In this document: positions 37,672-49,401 of the stretch, in pieces
How the letters are laid out: every line of letters begins with the position of its first letter
How positions within the stretch are numbered: position 1 is the first letter of the stretch
Position numbers and translations under genes: made by a program
The notes under the pieces: generated by a model
What the model was told of the DNA's origin: nothing
Database searches by the model: none
What the model saw: only the letters and a program-made list of their open reading frames with translations
Assembly (NCBI GenBank): GCA_965220745.1
Contig: CBDCQT010000003.1
Location: 32,001-96,000 of the forward strand
Reading direction: 5' to 3'
Source: Alphaproteobacteria bacterium
GTDB lineage: Bacteria; Pseudomonadota; Alphaproteobacteria; UBA828
DNA: 64,000 nt

Positions 37672-38054
37672 TCGTCGATAGTTCGGCCCTGCTCGCCGTT
37701 CTATTCCGCGAGCCGGACGCCGAACGGTACGAGACCGCACTCGGCGCGGCGCCCGCGTGCCGAATGTCGCTCGCCAATGTGTTTGAGGCATCCATCGTGT
37801 GGGAAGGACGCGACGGCCCGGAGGCAGGCCATCGGTTCGATCTGTTCATGGATCAGGTTGAGATTGAAATGGTGCCGGTGACGGCCGAACACGTCACGGC
37901 GGCCCGCCAAGCCTGGCGGCGCTTCGGCAAGGGCAATCATCCGGCGGCGCTGAACTTTGGCGACTGCTTCGCCTACGCCCTCGCCGAGGTGACCAGCGAG
38001 CCGCTGCTGTTCAAAGGCGAGGACTTCGCCCTGACCGATATCGAGGCGGCGTAG
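37668..38054 (+). CDS. vapC: VapC PIN-domain toxin
   Basis: MIVDSSALLA, HPAALNFGDCFAYA, LLFKGEDF. Confidence 0.93.
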   Translation: MIVDSSALLAVLFREPDAERYETALGAAPACRMSLANVFEASIVWEGRDGPEAGHRFDLFMDQVEIEMVPVTAEHVTAARQAWRRFGKGNHPAALNFGDCFAYALAEVTSEPLLFKGEDFALTDIEAA

Positions 38055-38063
38055 GCGCGACGC

Positions 38064-38948
38064 CTACATGTTCTGCAGCAGGTGGATCAGGCTGGAGGTG
38101 TCCCAGCGGTTGCCGCCGCGCTGCTGCACGTGGGCGTAGAACTGGTCCACCAGCATGGACATCGGCAGGAGGGCGCCGTTCTTCTTGCCTTCCTCGAAAC
38201 AGAGGCTCAAGTCCTTCCGCATCCAGTCGACGGCAAAGCCGAACTCGAACTCGCCCCGCAGCATGGTCGAGCCCCGGTTCTCCATCTGCCAGGACTGCGC
38301 TGCGCCCTTGGAGATGACGTCCAGCACGGTCTCCCCATCGAGGCCGGCGCGCTGGGCGAAGTTGATGGCTTCCGCGAGCCCCTGAACCACGCCCGCGATG
38401 CAGATCTGGTTCACCATCTTGGTGAGCTGGCCGTTCCCCGCCGGCCCCATGTGGGTCACGTTGCGCGCGAATGCGTCGATGACTGGCTGGGCGCGCACGA
38501 ACTCGGCCTCGTCTCCGCCCACCATCACGGTCAGCACGCCGTTCTCGGCGCCCGCCTGGCCGCCGGAGACCGGCGCGTCGAGGAAGCCCACGCCCCGCTC
38601 CTTGGCTGCGGCATAGACCTCGCGGGCGACCACGGCGGAGTCGGTCGTGTGGTCGATGAAGATAGTGCCTTCCGTCATGCCGGCAAGCGCACCGTCGTCG
38701 CCGTAGACGACTGCACGTAGGTCGTCATCGGCGCCAACGCAGGCGAAGATCATCTCCGCGCCTTGGGCGGCAGCGGCAGGGGTCGGGGCGGCGCTGCCTT
38801 GGTGAATCTCAGTCCACTGCTTGGCCTTGGCTGCGGTCCGGTTGTAGACGGTGACCTCATGGCCCGCTTTAGCGAGGTGTCCTGCCATGGGAAACCCCAT
38901 CACGCCGAGCCCGAGAAACGCCACCTTGGTGCCCCCGCCATCAGTCAT
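38064..38948 (-). CDS. 3-hydroxyisobutyrate dehydrogenase / beta-hydroxyacid dehydrogenase family
   Basis: FLGLGVMGFPMA, FLDAPVSGG, KMVNQ, MRKDL; ATG 38948. Confidence 0.9.
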   Translation of the reverse strand: MTDGGGTKVAFLGLGVMGFPMAGHLAKAGHEVTVYNRTAAKAKQWTEIHQGSAAPTPAAAAQGAEMIFACVGADDDLRAVVYGDDGALAGMTEGTIFIDHTTDSAVVAREVYAAAKERGVGFLDAPVSGGQAGAENGVLTVMVGGDEAEFVRAQPVIDAFARNVTHMGPAGNGQLTKMVNQICIAGVVQGLAEAINFAQRAGLDGETVLDVISKGAAQSWQMENRGSTMLRGEFEFGFAVDWMRKDLSLCFEEGKKNGALLPMSMLVDQFYAHVQQRGGNRWDTSSLIHLLQNM

Positions 38949-39039
38949 AATTCGTCCTCCCCGCCGGCTTCTCGCGCCAAAGCGCGGCATCGTAGCGACG
39001 CCGAAACAGGCGGGCAATGACGGCCCCTGTGCCCGTCTG

Positions 39040-39053
39040 TTGACGCAGATCAA
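39040..39053. promoter_or_regulatory. FNR/FixK/NnrR-type box upstream of nosR
   Basis: TTGAC-GCAG-ATCAA, one mismatch to TTGAT-N4-ATCAA, about 95 bp before the nosR ATG. Confidence 0.8.
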
Positions 39054-39147
39054 GGCGCTGGCGTGTGCGCGCTTCAGACTGGTTCTGAGGGAGCCCGTCG
39101 CCGCACTTCTCGGGAGCCGATCGCCCACTCGCCACGACGCACATGCC

Positions 39148-41400
39148 ATGACAGCGGGTTCGTTTTCTGGCGCGAGGCGCTGCAGGATAGCGGCGCGCAC
39201 GGTCCACCTCGGGGCCAGCACCGGGGCATCGCTGTTGCTGCTCCTCGTCTTCGTCGCCCTCGCTGGCGAAGCGCACGCCGCCGTCAAGCTCGGCACCGCG
39301 CTCACCAAGATTGCGCCCGCAGACCTTGTGCCGGGCGCCGACCGCTTAGGCCCGGTCGAAGGCGCGCCGCCCCGTGCGCAGGCGCTCGAAGGGTCCTCGC
39401 TCAAGGGCTACGTCTTCCTGAACACGGATGTCGCGGGCGCAGTGGGCTATTCCGGCAAGCCCATTCACCTCCTGATCGGGCTCGACACCGAGGGCACGAT
39501 CACCGGTGCCGCGCTGCACAAGCACCACGAGCCCATCGTGCTGATCGGAATTCCCGAGCGGCGGATCAAGAGCTTCATCGCCGAATACGTCGGGCGCAAC
39601 GTGCGCGAGTTCCTGGAGGAACGCGATGCCAGCGACCGCTCGCTCGATATCATCGCCGGGGCCACGGTCACCATCCTGGTGATCGACGATGCTATCCGCC
39701 GCTCCTCGCTGCGGATGGCGCGCCTGCTGGGTCTCGCCGGGCTCGGCGGGGAACAGGGAACCGGCGCGCCGCCCCGGGGCGAGGTCGACACTGCCCAAGA
39801 AGGCGTCGAAGACTGGATGACCCTGATCGGCGACGGCTCGGTGCGTCGGTTCAACCTCAGCGTCGGCGAGGTAACCGCAGACTTCGCCGCTGCGGGCAAG
39901 GAGAAAGCCGCCGCGCGGCCAGAGAGCGACGACCCGGAGGCGCGCTTCATCGACCTCTACGTGGCAGAGGTCAGCGTGCCAGTCATCGGCCGGAGCCTGC
40001 TTGGTGACGCCGAATACGAGAACCTCCGCGCACGGCTGGAGCCCGGCCAGCATGCACTGCTGATCGCCGCCAACGGCCTCTATTCGTTCAAGGGCTCGGG
40101 CTTCGTGCGCGGCGGAATCTTCGACCGTGTCCAGCTCGTCCAGGGCGATGGCAGCATCCGCTTCCGTGACCGCCAGTACAAGCACTTGGGTGAGGTGGCG
40201 GCGGACTTGGCGCAGCCCTTCTCCGAAGTTGGCCTCTTCGTGGTGCCGGCCGACGCCGAGTTCGACCCCGTAGCACCTTGGACGCTCCAACTCCTGGTGC
40301 AGCGCGCGATCGGTGCGCTCGACAAGGATTTCTTGCTCTACGAACTCTCCTACACGTTGCCCGCACGTTATCTGAAGCCGTTGCCCGGACCCGCGCCTTC
40401 AGCCACCGACCAGACCCTGACCGAGCCGGAAGCCGCGCCGGAGCTCTGGCGGCGCATCTGGGAGGACCGGATCGTCGACGTGGCAGTGCTCGGCGCGGCC
40501 ATGATCGCGCTCACCCTGATCTTCTTCTTCCAGGACTGGTTCGCGCGCCGGCCCAAGCTCGCGACAGGCGTGCGGGTGGGCTTCCTGCTCTTCATCGTTG
40601 CCTGGCTCGGCGGCTTCGCCCAGGCCCAGCTCTCGGTGGTCAACATAATGACCTTCGGCAACGCGCTGATCACCGAGTTCCGCTGGTCCTACTTCCTGAT
40701 GGACCCGCTGATCTTCCTGCTCTGGTGCGGCACCGCGCTGGCGCTGATCTTCTGGGGCCGGGGCGTGTTCTGCGGCTGGCTCTGCCCCTTTGGCGCGCTG
40801 CAGGAGCTGCTCAACAAGGCGGCGCGGCTCGCGCGCGTGCCGCAGGTGACGCTGCCCTGGGGCCTGCACGAGCGACTCTGGCCGGTGAAGTACGTGATCT
40901 TCATCGGCCTCGCCGGAGTCTCGCTCTACGACCTCGCCTTCGCCGAACGCCTGGCGGAGGTCGAGCCCTTCAAGACCACGGTGATCCTGCGCTTCGCCCA
41001 TGACTGGCCGTTTGTGGCCTGGGCCGGCGTGCTGCTGGGCACCGGGCTCTTCGTCGAGCGCTTCTTCTGCCGCTACCTCTGCCCGCTGGGGGCGGCGCTC
41101 GCGATCCCCGGCAAGATCAGGATCATGGAGTGGCTGCGCCGCCACAAGGAATGCGGCGCGCCCTGCCATCGCTGTGCCCAGGAATGCATGGTCCAGGCCA
41201 TCCATCCGGACGGGCACATCAACCAGAACGAGTGCCTCTACTGCCTGCACTGCCAGCAGGTCTATCACGACGAGCACCGCTGCCCGCCGATGATCCAGCG
41301 CCGCCTCAGGCGCGAGCGGCGCCGGGCGCGCGCCTCCGCGAATATCACCGTCCCGCCTGCAGCTCCCGCAGGCCCAACCGGCACAGCAACGAGTCCCTGA
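39148..41400 (+). CDS. nosR: NosR membrane Fe-S flavoprotein
   Basis: [21 protein letters not shown] site [28 protein letters not shown]-terminal ferredoxin Cys motifs; start uncertain. Confidence 0.95.
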   Translation: MTAGSFSGARRCRIAARTVHLGASTGASLLLLLVFVALAGEAHAAVKLGTALTKIAPADLVPGADRLGPVEGAPPRAQALEGSSLKGYVFLNTDVAGAVGYSGKPIHLLIGLDTEGTITGAALHKHHEPIVLIGIPERRIKSFIAEYVGRNVREFLEERDASDRSLDIIAGATVTILVIDDAIRRSSLRMARLLGLAGLGGEQGTGAPPRGEVDTAQEGVEDWMTLIGDGSVRRFNLSVGEVTADFAAAGKEKAAARPESDDPEARFIDLYVAEVSVPVIGRSLLGDAEYENLRARLEPGQHALLIAANGLYSFKGSGFVRGGIFDRVQLVQGDGSIRFRDRQYKHLGEVAADLAQPFSEVGLFVVPADAEFDPVAPWTLQLLVQRAIGALDKDFLLYELSYTLPARYLKPLPGPAPSATDQTLTEPEAAPELWRRIWEDRIVDVAVLGAAMIALTLIFFFQDWFARRPKLATGVRVGFLLFIVAWLGGFAQAQLSVVNIMTFGNALITEFRWSYFLMDPLIFLLWCGTALALIFWGRGVFCGWLCPFGALQELLNKAARLARVPQVTLPWGLHERLWPVKYVIFIGLAGVSLYDLAFAERLAEVEPFKTTVILRFAHDWPFVAWAGVLLGTGLFVERFFCRYLCPLGAALAIPGKIRIMEWLRRHKECGAPCHRCAQECMVQAIHPDGHINQNECLYCLHCQQVYHDEHRCPPMIQRRLRRERRRARASANITVPPAAPAGPTGTATSP

Positions 41401-41423
41401 TGCCAAGTAAGGAGGAGAAAGCC

Positions 41424-43355
41424 ATGTCGAAGAAGAAACACGATGCTCCGGAGAAGACCGGCGTCACACGCCGCGATCTGATCGGCAGCACGGCCAAGAT
41501 CGCCACCGTCGGCGGGGTGGTTGCCGCCGGGGTCGTCGGGGTCACTCCCGCCAGTCCGCCGCGCAAGGCGCACGCCGCCACCGATGCAGGCTCCGCCTAC
41601 GTGGGGCCGGGCCAACTCGACGAGTATTACGGCTTCTGGTCGAGCGGCCAGTCCGGCGAGGTGCGCGTCTTCGGCGTTCCCTCCATGCGCGAGCTCCTCC
41701 GCATACCGGTGTTCAACCGCTGCAGCGCCACCGGCTGGGGGCTCACCAACGAGAGCCGCCGGATCATGACCGAGGGGCTCACGCCCGAGACCCGGAAGTT
41801 CCTCGAATCCCGCGGCGGCATCTACACCAACGGCGATGCGCACCACCCGCACATGTCCTTCACCGACGGCACCTACGACGGGCGCTACGTCTGGATCAAC
41901 GACAAGGCGAACACGCGTGTTGCCCGCATTCGCTGCGACGTGATGAAGGTCGACAAGATCGTGGAGATCCCCAACGCCAACGACATCCACGGCCTGCGGC
42001 CCCAGAAATATCCGCGCACGGGCTACGTCTTCTGCAACGGCGAGCACGAGATTCCGCTCCCCAACGACGGCTCCGTGCTCAACGACCCTTCGCAGTACAT
42101 TGCGATCTTCACGGCGCTCGACGGCGACACCATGGAGGTGGCCTGGCAGGTGATCGTCGACGGCAACCTGGATAACGTCGATGCCGACTATCAGGGCAAG
42201 TACGCGGTCTCCACCTGCTACAATTCGGAGATGGGCATGAACCTGGAGGAGATGACCGCCGCCGAGCAGGACTGGGCCGTCGTCTTCAACATTGCCCGCA
42301 TCGAGCAGGGGGTGAAGGACGGCGACTACACCATGCACCAGGGGGTCAAGGTGCTGGACGGCCGCAAGGGCTCGCCCTACACCCGCTACATCCCGATCTC
42401 CACCAGCCCCCACGGCGTCAACACGGCGCCCGACGGCCACCACATCGTCATCAACGGCAAGCTGTCGCCGACCGTCTCGGTCATCGACGTGCGCCGTCTC
42501 GACGATCTGTTCGGCGACAAGATCGCGCCGCGCGACGTGATCGTCGCCGAGCCCGAACTGGGCCTCGGGCCGCTCCACACCGCCTTCGACGGACACGGCA
42601 ACTGCTTCACGACGATCTTCCTCGACAGCCAAGTCTGCAAGTGGAACATGGATGCCGCGATTCGCCAGTACAATGGCGAGGAGGTGGACCCGATCGTCGA
42701 GAAGATCGACGTGCACTACCAGCCGGGGCACAACCACACCTCCATGGGCGAGACCAAGGAGGCGGATGGCAAGTGGCTGGTCTCGCTCAACAAGTTCTCG
42801 AAGGACCGGTTCATCAACGTGGGCCCGCTCAAGCCCGAATGCGAGCAGCTCATCGACATCTCGGGCGACAAGATGGAGCTGGTCCATGACGGCCCCACCT
42901 TCTCGGAGCCCCACGACTGCATCATCGTCCATCGCTCCAAGGTGAACCCGAAGCAGATCTGGGACCGTGAAGACCCAACCTGGGAGGAGGCGCGTCAGCA
43001 GGCGGCGAAGGATGGTGTCGATCTCGACTGGGGCGAGGACGTGATCCGCGACGGCAACAAGGTGCGGGTCTACATGTACTCGATCGCACCCGCGTTCAGT
43101 CTCGAGACCTTCGAGGTGAACGAGGGCGACGAGGTCACCGTCTACATCACCAACCAGGACGATGTGGACGACCTCAGCCACGGCTGGTCGCTTTCCAACT
43201 ACGGGGTGGCCATGGAGGTGGCGCCCCAGGCGACAGCGTCGGTGACGTTTACTGCCGACCGGCCCGGCGTACACTGGTTCTATTGCCAGTGGTTCTGTCA
43301 TGCGCTGCACATGGAGATGCGCGGGCGCATGTTCGTGAAGCCCAAGACCGCCTGA
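41424..43355 (+). CDS. nosZ: Nitrous oxide reductase, clade I (Tat-dependent)
   Basis: TRRDL Tat motif, DAHHPH, IHG, PHG, GPLH, PGH, EPHD, CuA motif [12 protein letters not shown]; AGGAGG RBS. Confidence 0.98.
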   Translation: MSKKKHDAPEKTGVTRRDLIGSTAKIATVGGVVAAGVVGVTPASPPRKAHAATDAGSAYVGPGQLDEYYGFWSSGQSGEVRVFGVPSMRELLRIPVFNRCSATGWGLTNESRRIMTEGLTPETRKFLESRGGIYTNGDAHHPHMSFTDGTYDGRYVWINDKANTRVARIRCDVMKVDKIVEIPNANDIHGLRPQKYPRTGYVFCNGEHEIPLPNDGSVLNDPSQYIAIFTALDGDTMEVAWQVIVDGNLDNVDADYQGKYAVSTCYNSEMGMNLEEMTAAEQDWAVVFNIARIEQGVKDGDYTMHQGVKVLDGRKGSPYTRYIPISTSPHGVNTAPDGHHIVINGKLSPTVSVIDVRRLDDLFGDKIAPRDVIVAEPELGLGPLHTAFDGHGNCFTTIFLDSQVCKWNMDAAIRQYNGEEVDPIVEKIDVHYQPGHNHTSMGETKEADGKWLVSLNKFSKDRFINVGPLKPECEQLIDISGDKMELVHDGPTFSEPHDCIIVHRSKVNPKQIWDREDPTWEEARQQAAKDGVDLDWGEDVIRDGNKVRVYMYSIAPAFSLETFEVNEGDEVTVYITNQDDVDDLSHGWSLSNYGVAMEVAPQATASVTFTADRPGVHWFYCQWFCHALHMEMRGRMFVKPKTA

Positions 43356-44622
43356 TGCGCGTGCGGTGCGCGGCGCTCGCTCTCGGCGTGGCGGTGGCGT
43401 TGTTTGCCGCCGCCGCGGGAGAGGTGCGCGCCGCGCCCGCCGCCGTCATCGAGGTCTCGCCCGGCGAAGGGACGCTGCAGGCTGCGCTGGATGCAGCCCT
43501 GCCCGGCGCGGTGCTCCGGCTCGCGCCGGGCCTTTATCCTGGGCCGATCGTCATTGACCGGCCGCTGACGTTGGAGGGGGCGCCCGGCGTTATCCTCGAC
43601 GGTGGCGGGCAAGGGCGCGTGCTTAGCGTCGTCGCGCCGGACGTGGTGGTGCGCGGGCTCACCGTCCGCAACTCCGGCACGAGCCTTGCCGATACCGACG
43701 CCGGCATCTTCCTCGACAAGCCGGCCAAGGGGGCGCTGATCGAGGACAACTGGCTGGAGAACAATCTGTTCGGCATCTACCTGCACGGCGCCCGTAATGC
43801 GCTGGTGCGGGACAACGTGGTGATCGGCAACCGCGACTTGCGCATGAGCGAGCGCGGCAACGGCATCCATCTCTGGGCGGCCAGGGGCTCGGTGGTCGAG
43901 GGAAACACCGTGCGTTACGGCCGCGACGGCATCTTCGTCACCACCAGCCGCAAGAACGCGTTTCGCAACAACCGCTTCCGCGAACTCCGCTTCGCTATCC
44001 ACTACATGTACACGCACGACAGCGAGGTGAGCGGCAACGTCTCCCACGACAATCACGTGGGCTACGCGCTGATGTACTCCGATCGCCTGCGCGTGTTCGA
44101 CAATCGCTCCACAGGCGACCGCGATCACGGCTTCCTCTTCAACTTCACCAACAAGTCGCGCATCGAGCGCAATCTCGTGCGCGCCGGCCGCGACAAGTGC
44201 GTCTTTCTCTACAATGCGAACCGCAACGTGCTCAGCGGCAATCTCTTCGAGGGCTGCGCCATCGGCATCCACTTCACCGCAGGCTCCGAGGGCAACCGCA
44301 TCGCGGGCAACGGCTTCGTGGGCAACGCGACCCAGGTGAAATACGTCGGCACGCGCCACGTCGAGTGGTCCGACGAAGGCGTCGGCAACTATTGGAGCGA
44401 CAATCCTGCCCTTGATCTCGACGGCGACGGCATCGGCGACGTGCCCTACAGGCCCAACGATCTCGTCGACCAAGTGGTCTGGCGCCACCCGCTGGCCAAG
44501 CTGCTGCTGACCAGCCCGTCGGTGCGCATCCTGCGATGGGCTCACGACCGCTTTCCCTCCATCTATCCGGGCGGGGTGATCGATTCCGCACCGCTGATGC
44601 GACCACCTGAGTTGGAGACCGG

Positions 44623-44626
<4 letters not shown>
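43355..44626 (+). CDS. nosD: NosD periplasmic maturation protein
   Basis: RGNGIHLW, RDGIF, LRFAIHYMY, GNYWSD, DLDGDGIGDVPY. Confidence 0.95.
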
Positions 44627-45557
<931 letters not shown>

Positions 45558-45561
<4 letters not shown>

Positions 45562-46385
45562 CGGCGGTCGCAACCATCGCCGGGCGGGAGGTTTTGGCCG
45601 GCATCCGCAACCGCTGGATGCTCGCCGCCGCCTTGCTCCTCGGCGTGCTGGCGCTGACTCTGGCCTTCGTGGGCAGCGCGCCGGGCGGGCCGGTCGCCGC
45701 CTCGCGTCTCGCGATCACGGTGGTCAGCCTCTCCAGCCTCTCGGTCTTCCTGGTGCCGCTCATCGGGCTGCTGGTGAGCTACGACACGCTGGTGGGCGAG
45801 ATCGAGCGCGGCACCATGCCTCTGCTGATGACCCATCCGGTCACCCGCCTGCGCATCGTGCTCGGCAAGTTCGCGGGTCAGGTGGCGATCCTCGCCATCG
45901 CCACAGTCGTAGGCTTCGGCGTCGCCGCGCTCGCCACCGGCCTCGGCGATGGCGGCGATGCCGAGGCCTGGCGCGCTTTCGGCGTCATGGTCGGCGGCTC
46001 GATTCTGCTTGGCGCCGCCTTCATCGCGCTCGGCACGCTTATCAGCGCCGTGGTGGCCGAGCGCGGCACGGCGGCCGGCATCTCGGCGGCGGTGTGGCTG
46101 GTCTTCGTCGTGCTCTTCGACATGGCGCTGCTCGCCGTGCTCGTGGCGGACGAAGGGCAGGTAATCTCCGGCGACCTCTTCCGCGTGCTGCTCCTGCTCA
46201 ACCCGACCGACGTCTACCGCATGCTGACGCTTGCCGGCTCCGAGACCGTGGGCGCGCTCTCCGGCATGGCGGGGGTGAGCGCCGAGGCGGCCTTCGGTCA
46301 CGCGATCCTGTTCCCGGTCATGGTGCTCTGGATCGCGGTGCCACTCGGCCTCGCGGGCCTCCTGTTCGGGAGGAAGGAGCTGTGA
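45558..46385 (+). CDS. nosY: NosY ABC permease
   Basis: IRNRW, GEIERGTM.LL.T.P, LLLNPTDVYR. Confidence 0.93.
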
Positions 46386-46930
46386 GACGCGCGCTTGCCC
46401 TGCTGGCTATCGGCCTGCTCGCGCTCTCGGGCGCTGCCGGCTGCGGCGAGGACGACGACGTTGTCGCCAAGCCGGCGCCGGTGGAGCCAACACGCGAGGC
46501 CTCCGGCCACTACTGCGGCATGATCCTGGTCGACCACAGCGGGCCCAAGGCGCAGGTTCACTTGCCCAACCAGCCGGAGCCGGTGTGGTTCTCCTCGGTG
46601 CGCGACGCCATCGCCTTCACCATGCTGCCGGAGGAGCCGCGCAACTACACCGCGATCTACGTCAACGACATGGGCGTGGCCCGGTGGGACGCGCCCGAGC
46701 CCGGCACCTGGATCGACGCGAACGGCGCCTGGTACGTGATCGGGAGCGACCGGATGGGCGGCATGGGCGTGCCCGAGGCTGTGCCGTTCGCCACGCAAGA
46801 GGCCGCCGAGCGTTTCGTGGCGGCGCACGGCGGGCGCATCGTCGCGCTCACCGAGGTGCCGCAGAGCTACATCTTCGCCTATGCCGACGAGGACGACCCC
46901 GCCATGCCGGCGCATGGAGACCATCAATGA
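46382..46930 (+). CDS. nosL: NosL copper chaperone lipoprotein
   Basis: Lipobox AAGC, HYCGM..DHSGPKAQ, YVNDM, GGMG.PEAVPF. Confidence 0.93.
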   Translation: MRRALALLAIGLLALSGAAGCGEDDDVVAKPAPVEPTREASGHYCGMILVDHSGPKAQVHLPNQPEPVWFSSVRDAIAFTMLPEEPRNYTAIYVNDMGVARWDAPEPGTWIDANGAWYVIGSDRMGGMGVPEAVPFATQEAAERFVAAHGGRIVALTEVPQSYIFAYADEDDPAMPAHGDHQ

Positions 46931-47919
46931 CGCGCTGTCCCGCTGCCGCGCCGACCCGGCGGCGCTTCGTGGCCATCGCGGCCGCTGCCGCCGGCCTGCC
47001 CTTCGCGGCGATCCGGGCCGGCGCTGAGACAACGCATCTGCACCGCTGGTCCGGCATTGCGCTCGGCGCTGCGGCGGAGATCGTCCTTTACGATCCCGAT
47101 GCTTCCCGCGCGCGCCGCTTGATCGCACGCAGCGTCGCCGAGATCGACCGGCTGGAGGACGTGTTCAGCCTCTACCGGCCCGAGAGCGCCATCTCGCGCC
47201 TCAACCGGGACGGTTGGCTCGGAGTGCCGCCGCTGGAGCTGGTTGCGCTGCTGGCCGAGGCCCGCTCCTACTCGGAGCGGACAGAGGTCGCCTTCGACGT
47301 CACCGTGCAGCCGCTCTGGCGCCTCTACGCCACGCACTTCGCCAGGCCCGGCGCCGATCCACGCGGGCCGGCCGAGGCCGAGCACGCCAACGCGCAGGCG
47401 CTGGTGGATTACCGCGCCATCGAGATCAAGCCTGCCGAGGTCCGCTTCGCCCGACGGGGGATGGCGATCACCCTCAACGGCATCGCCCAGGGCTACATCA
47501 CCGACCGTGTGGCGACGCTGCTGCAGGACGCCGGCATGGGCGATGTTCTGCTCGACATCGGCGAAGTCCGGGCGCTCGGCCGTCATCCCGACGGCCGCCC
47601 CTGGCATGTCGGTCTCCGCCGCGCGGCAGAGCCCGAGACGGTCGCGCGCACCGTCGCGCTGACCGACCGCGCCGTCGCCACCTCGGCCGGCATCGCGAGC
47701 CCCTTCGATGCGAGCGGGCGCCACCACCACCTGTTCGACCCCGCGACCGGCAGGCCCGCGCAGGCAGCGGGGCAGGTCTCGGTGATCGCGCCCCGCGCCA
47801 CCATGGCCGATGCCCTCTCCACCGCGCTCGCCGTGTCCTCGCCCGCGCGCGCCGCCGCTTTCGCCGCCCGCTTCCCCGAGATCGAGGTGGTGATCGATGG
47901 GATGAGCCAGCCGTCGTAG
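46927..47919 (+). CDS. nosX: NosX FAD:protein FMN transferase (ApbE family)
   Basis: TRRRF Tat motif, FSLY..ESAISRLN, FDVTVQPL, LNGIAQGY, HHLFDP.TG, ADALST. Confidence 0.92.
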   Translation: MTRCPAAAPTRRRFVAIAAAAAGLPFAAIRAGAETTHLHRWSGIALGAAAEIVLYDPDASRARRLIARSVAEIDRLEDVFSLYRPESAISRLNRDGWLGVPPLELVALLAEARSYSERTEVAFDVTVQPLWRLYATHFARPGADPRGPAEAEHANAQALVDYRAIEIKPAEVRFARRGMAITLNGIAQGYITDRVATLLQDAGMGDVLLDIGEVRALGRHPDGRPWHVGLRRAAEPETVARTVALTDRAVATSAGIASPFDASGRHHHLFDPATGRPAQAAGQVSVIAPRATMADALSTALAVSSPARAAAFAARFPEIEVVIDGMSQPS

Positions 47920-47988
47920 CGGCTCCCCTCTACGGCGCTCCTTGGCTAGGATGCGCCCCGATTCCTCTTCCCGCCGAGCGGGCGCCCG

Positions 47989-48954
47989 ATGGCCGTCTAC
48001 ACCGAAGTCTCCGACGACGAGCTCGCCGCGTTCATCGCGGAGTACGACATCGGCACGGCCGTCTCCTGCAAGGGCATCGCCGAGGGCGTCGAGAACTCCA
48101 ACTACCTGCTGCTGACCGAGAGCGGCCCCTACATCCTTACGCTTTACGAGAAGCGGGTCGATGCCAGGGACCTGCCGTTCTTCCTCGGGCTGATCGAGCA
48201 CCTGGCGGCGCGCGGCGTGCCCTGTCCGGTGCCTGTCCACGGCCGCGACGGCGCGGTGTTGCGCACCCTCTGCGAGCGGCCGGCGGCGATCACGAGCTTC
48301 CTCGCCGGCGTCTGGCCCAGGCGCCCGCGGCCCGAGCACTGCGCCGAGCTGGGCGAGGCACTTGCGCGGATGCATCTGGCGGGACTCGACTACCCGGCAG
48401 AGCGCGCCAACGCGCTCTCCGTCGACAGCTGGCGGCCGCTCTTCGAGAGGTGCCGCACCGGCGCCGACGACGTGGTCCCCGGCCTTTCGGCCGAGGTCTC
48501 GGCGGCCCTCGACCGCATCGAGGCGGAATGGCCGCGCGATCTGCCGCGCGGCGTGGTCCACGCCGATCTCTTCCCCGACAACGTCTTCTTCGAGCGGAAC
48601 CGGCTCAGCGGCCTGATCGACTTCTACTTCGCCTGCAACGACGCGCTGGTCTACGACCTCGCGGTCTGCCTCAACGCCTGGTGCTTCGAGCCGGACCTCA
48701 GCTTCAACGTGACCAAGGCACGCCTCATGATCGGGCGCTACCGCGCGGTGCGCCGCTGCTCCGAGGCTGAGATCGCAGCCCTCCCGCGGCTCGCCGAGGG
48801 CGCGGCGCTGCGCTTCCTGCTCACCCGTCTCTACGACTGGATCAACCAGGTGGACGGCGCCCTGGTCAAACCCAAGGACCCCCGCGAGTACCTGCACAAG
48901 CTCCGCTTCCATCGCGGCGTGTCGGGCCCCGGCGCCTACGGGATCGAGCCGTGA
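47989..48954 (+). CDS. thrB: Homoserine kinase, type II (APH fold)
   Basis: [39 protein letters not shown]. Confidence 0.95.
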   Translation: MAVYTEVSDDELAAFIAEYDIGTAVSCKGIAEGVENSNYLLLTESGPYILTLYEKRVDARDLPFFLGLIEHLAARGVPCPVPVHGRDGAVLRTLCERPAAITSFLAGVWPRRPRPEHCAELGEALARMHLAGLDYPAERANALSVDSWRPLFERCRTGADDVVPGLSAEVSAALDRIEAEWPRDLPRGVVHADLFPDNVFFERNRLSGLIDFYFACNDALVYDLAVCLNAWCFEPDLSFNVTKARLMIGRYRAVRRCSEAEIAALPRLAEGAALRFLLTRLYDWINQVDGALVKPKDPREYLHKLRFHRGVSGPGAYGIEP

Positions 48955-49385
48955 CTGTGGCGATCTATACCGACGGTGCCTGCAGCGGCAATCCGGGGCC
49001 GGGCGGCTGGGGTGCGGTGCTGCTCTATGGCGAGCACCGGCGCGAGATCAGCGGTGCGGCGCCCGAGACTACCAACAACCGCATGGAGCTGACCGCCGCG
49101 ATCCGGGCGCTGGAGGCGCTCAAGCGACACTCCGCGGTCGCCCTCTACACCGACAGCACCTACGTGAAGGACGGCATCACCCGCTGGCTCCCCGGCTGGA
49201 AGGCCAAGGGATGGCGCACCGCCTCCAAGTCCCCGGTCAAGAACCGCGACCTGTGGGAGGCCCTCGATGCGCTCGCGCAGAGCCACGACGTGACCTGGCA
49301 CTGGGTGAAGGGCCACGCCGGCAATCCTGAGAACGAGCGCGCCGATGCGCTCGCCCGCGAGGCACTGAAGGCCGCAGCAGCGTAG
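48951..49385 (+). CDS. rnhA: Ribonuclease HI
   Basis: [39 protein letters not shown]. Confidence 0.97.
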   Translation: MTVAIYTDGACSGNPGPGGWGAVLLYGEHRREISGAAPETTNNRMELTAAIRALEALKRHSAVALYTDSTYVKDGITRWLPGWKAKGWRTASKSPVKNRDLWEALDALAQSHDVTWHWVKGHAGNPENERADALAREALKAAAA

Positions 49386-49401
49386 CCGGTCGCCGGGCCG
49401 G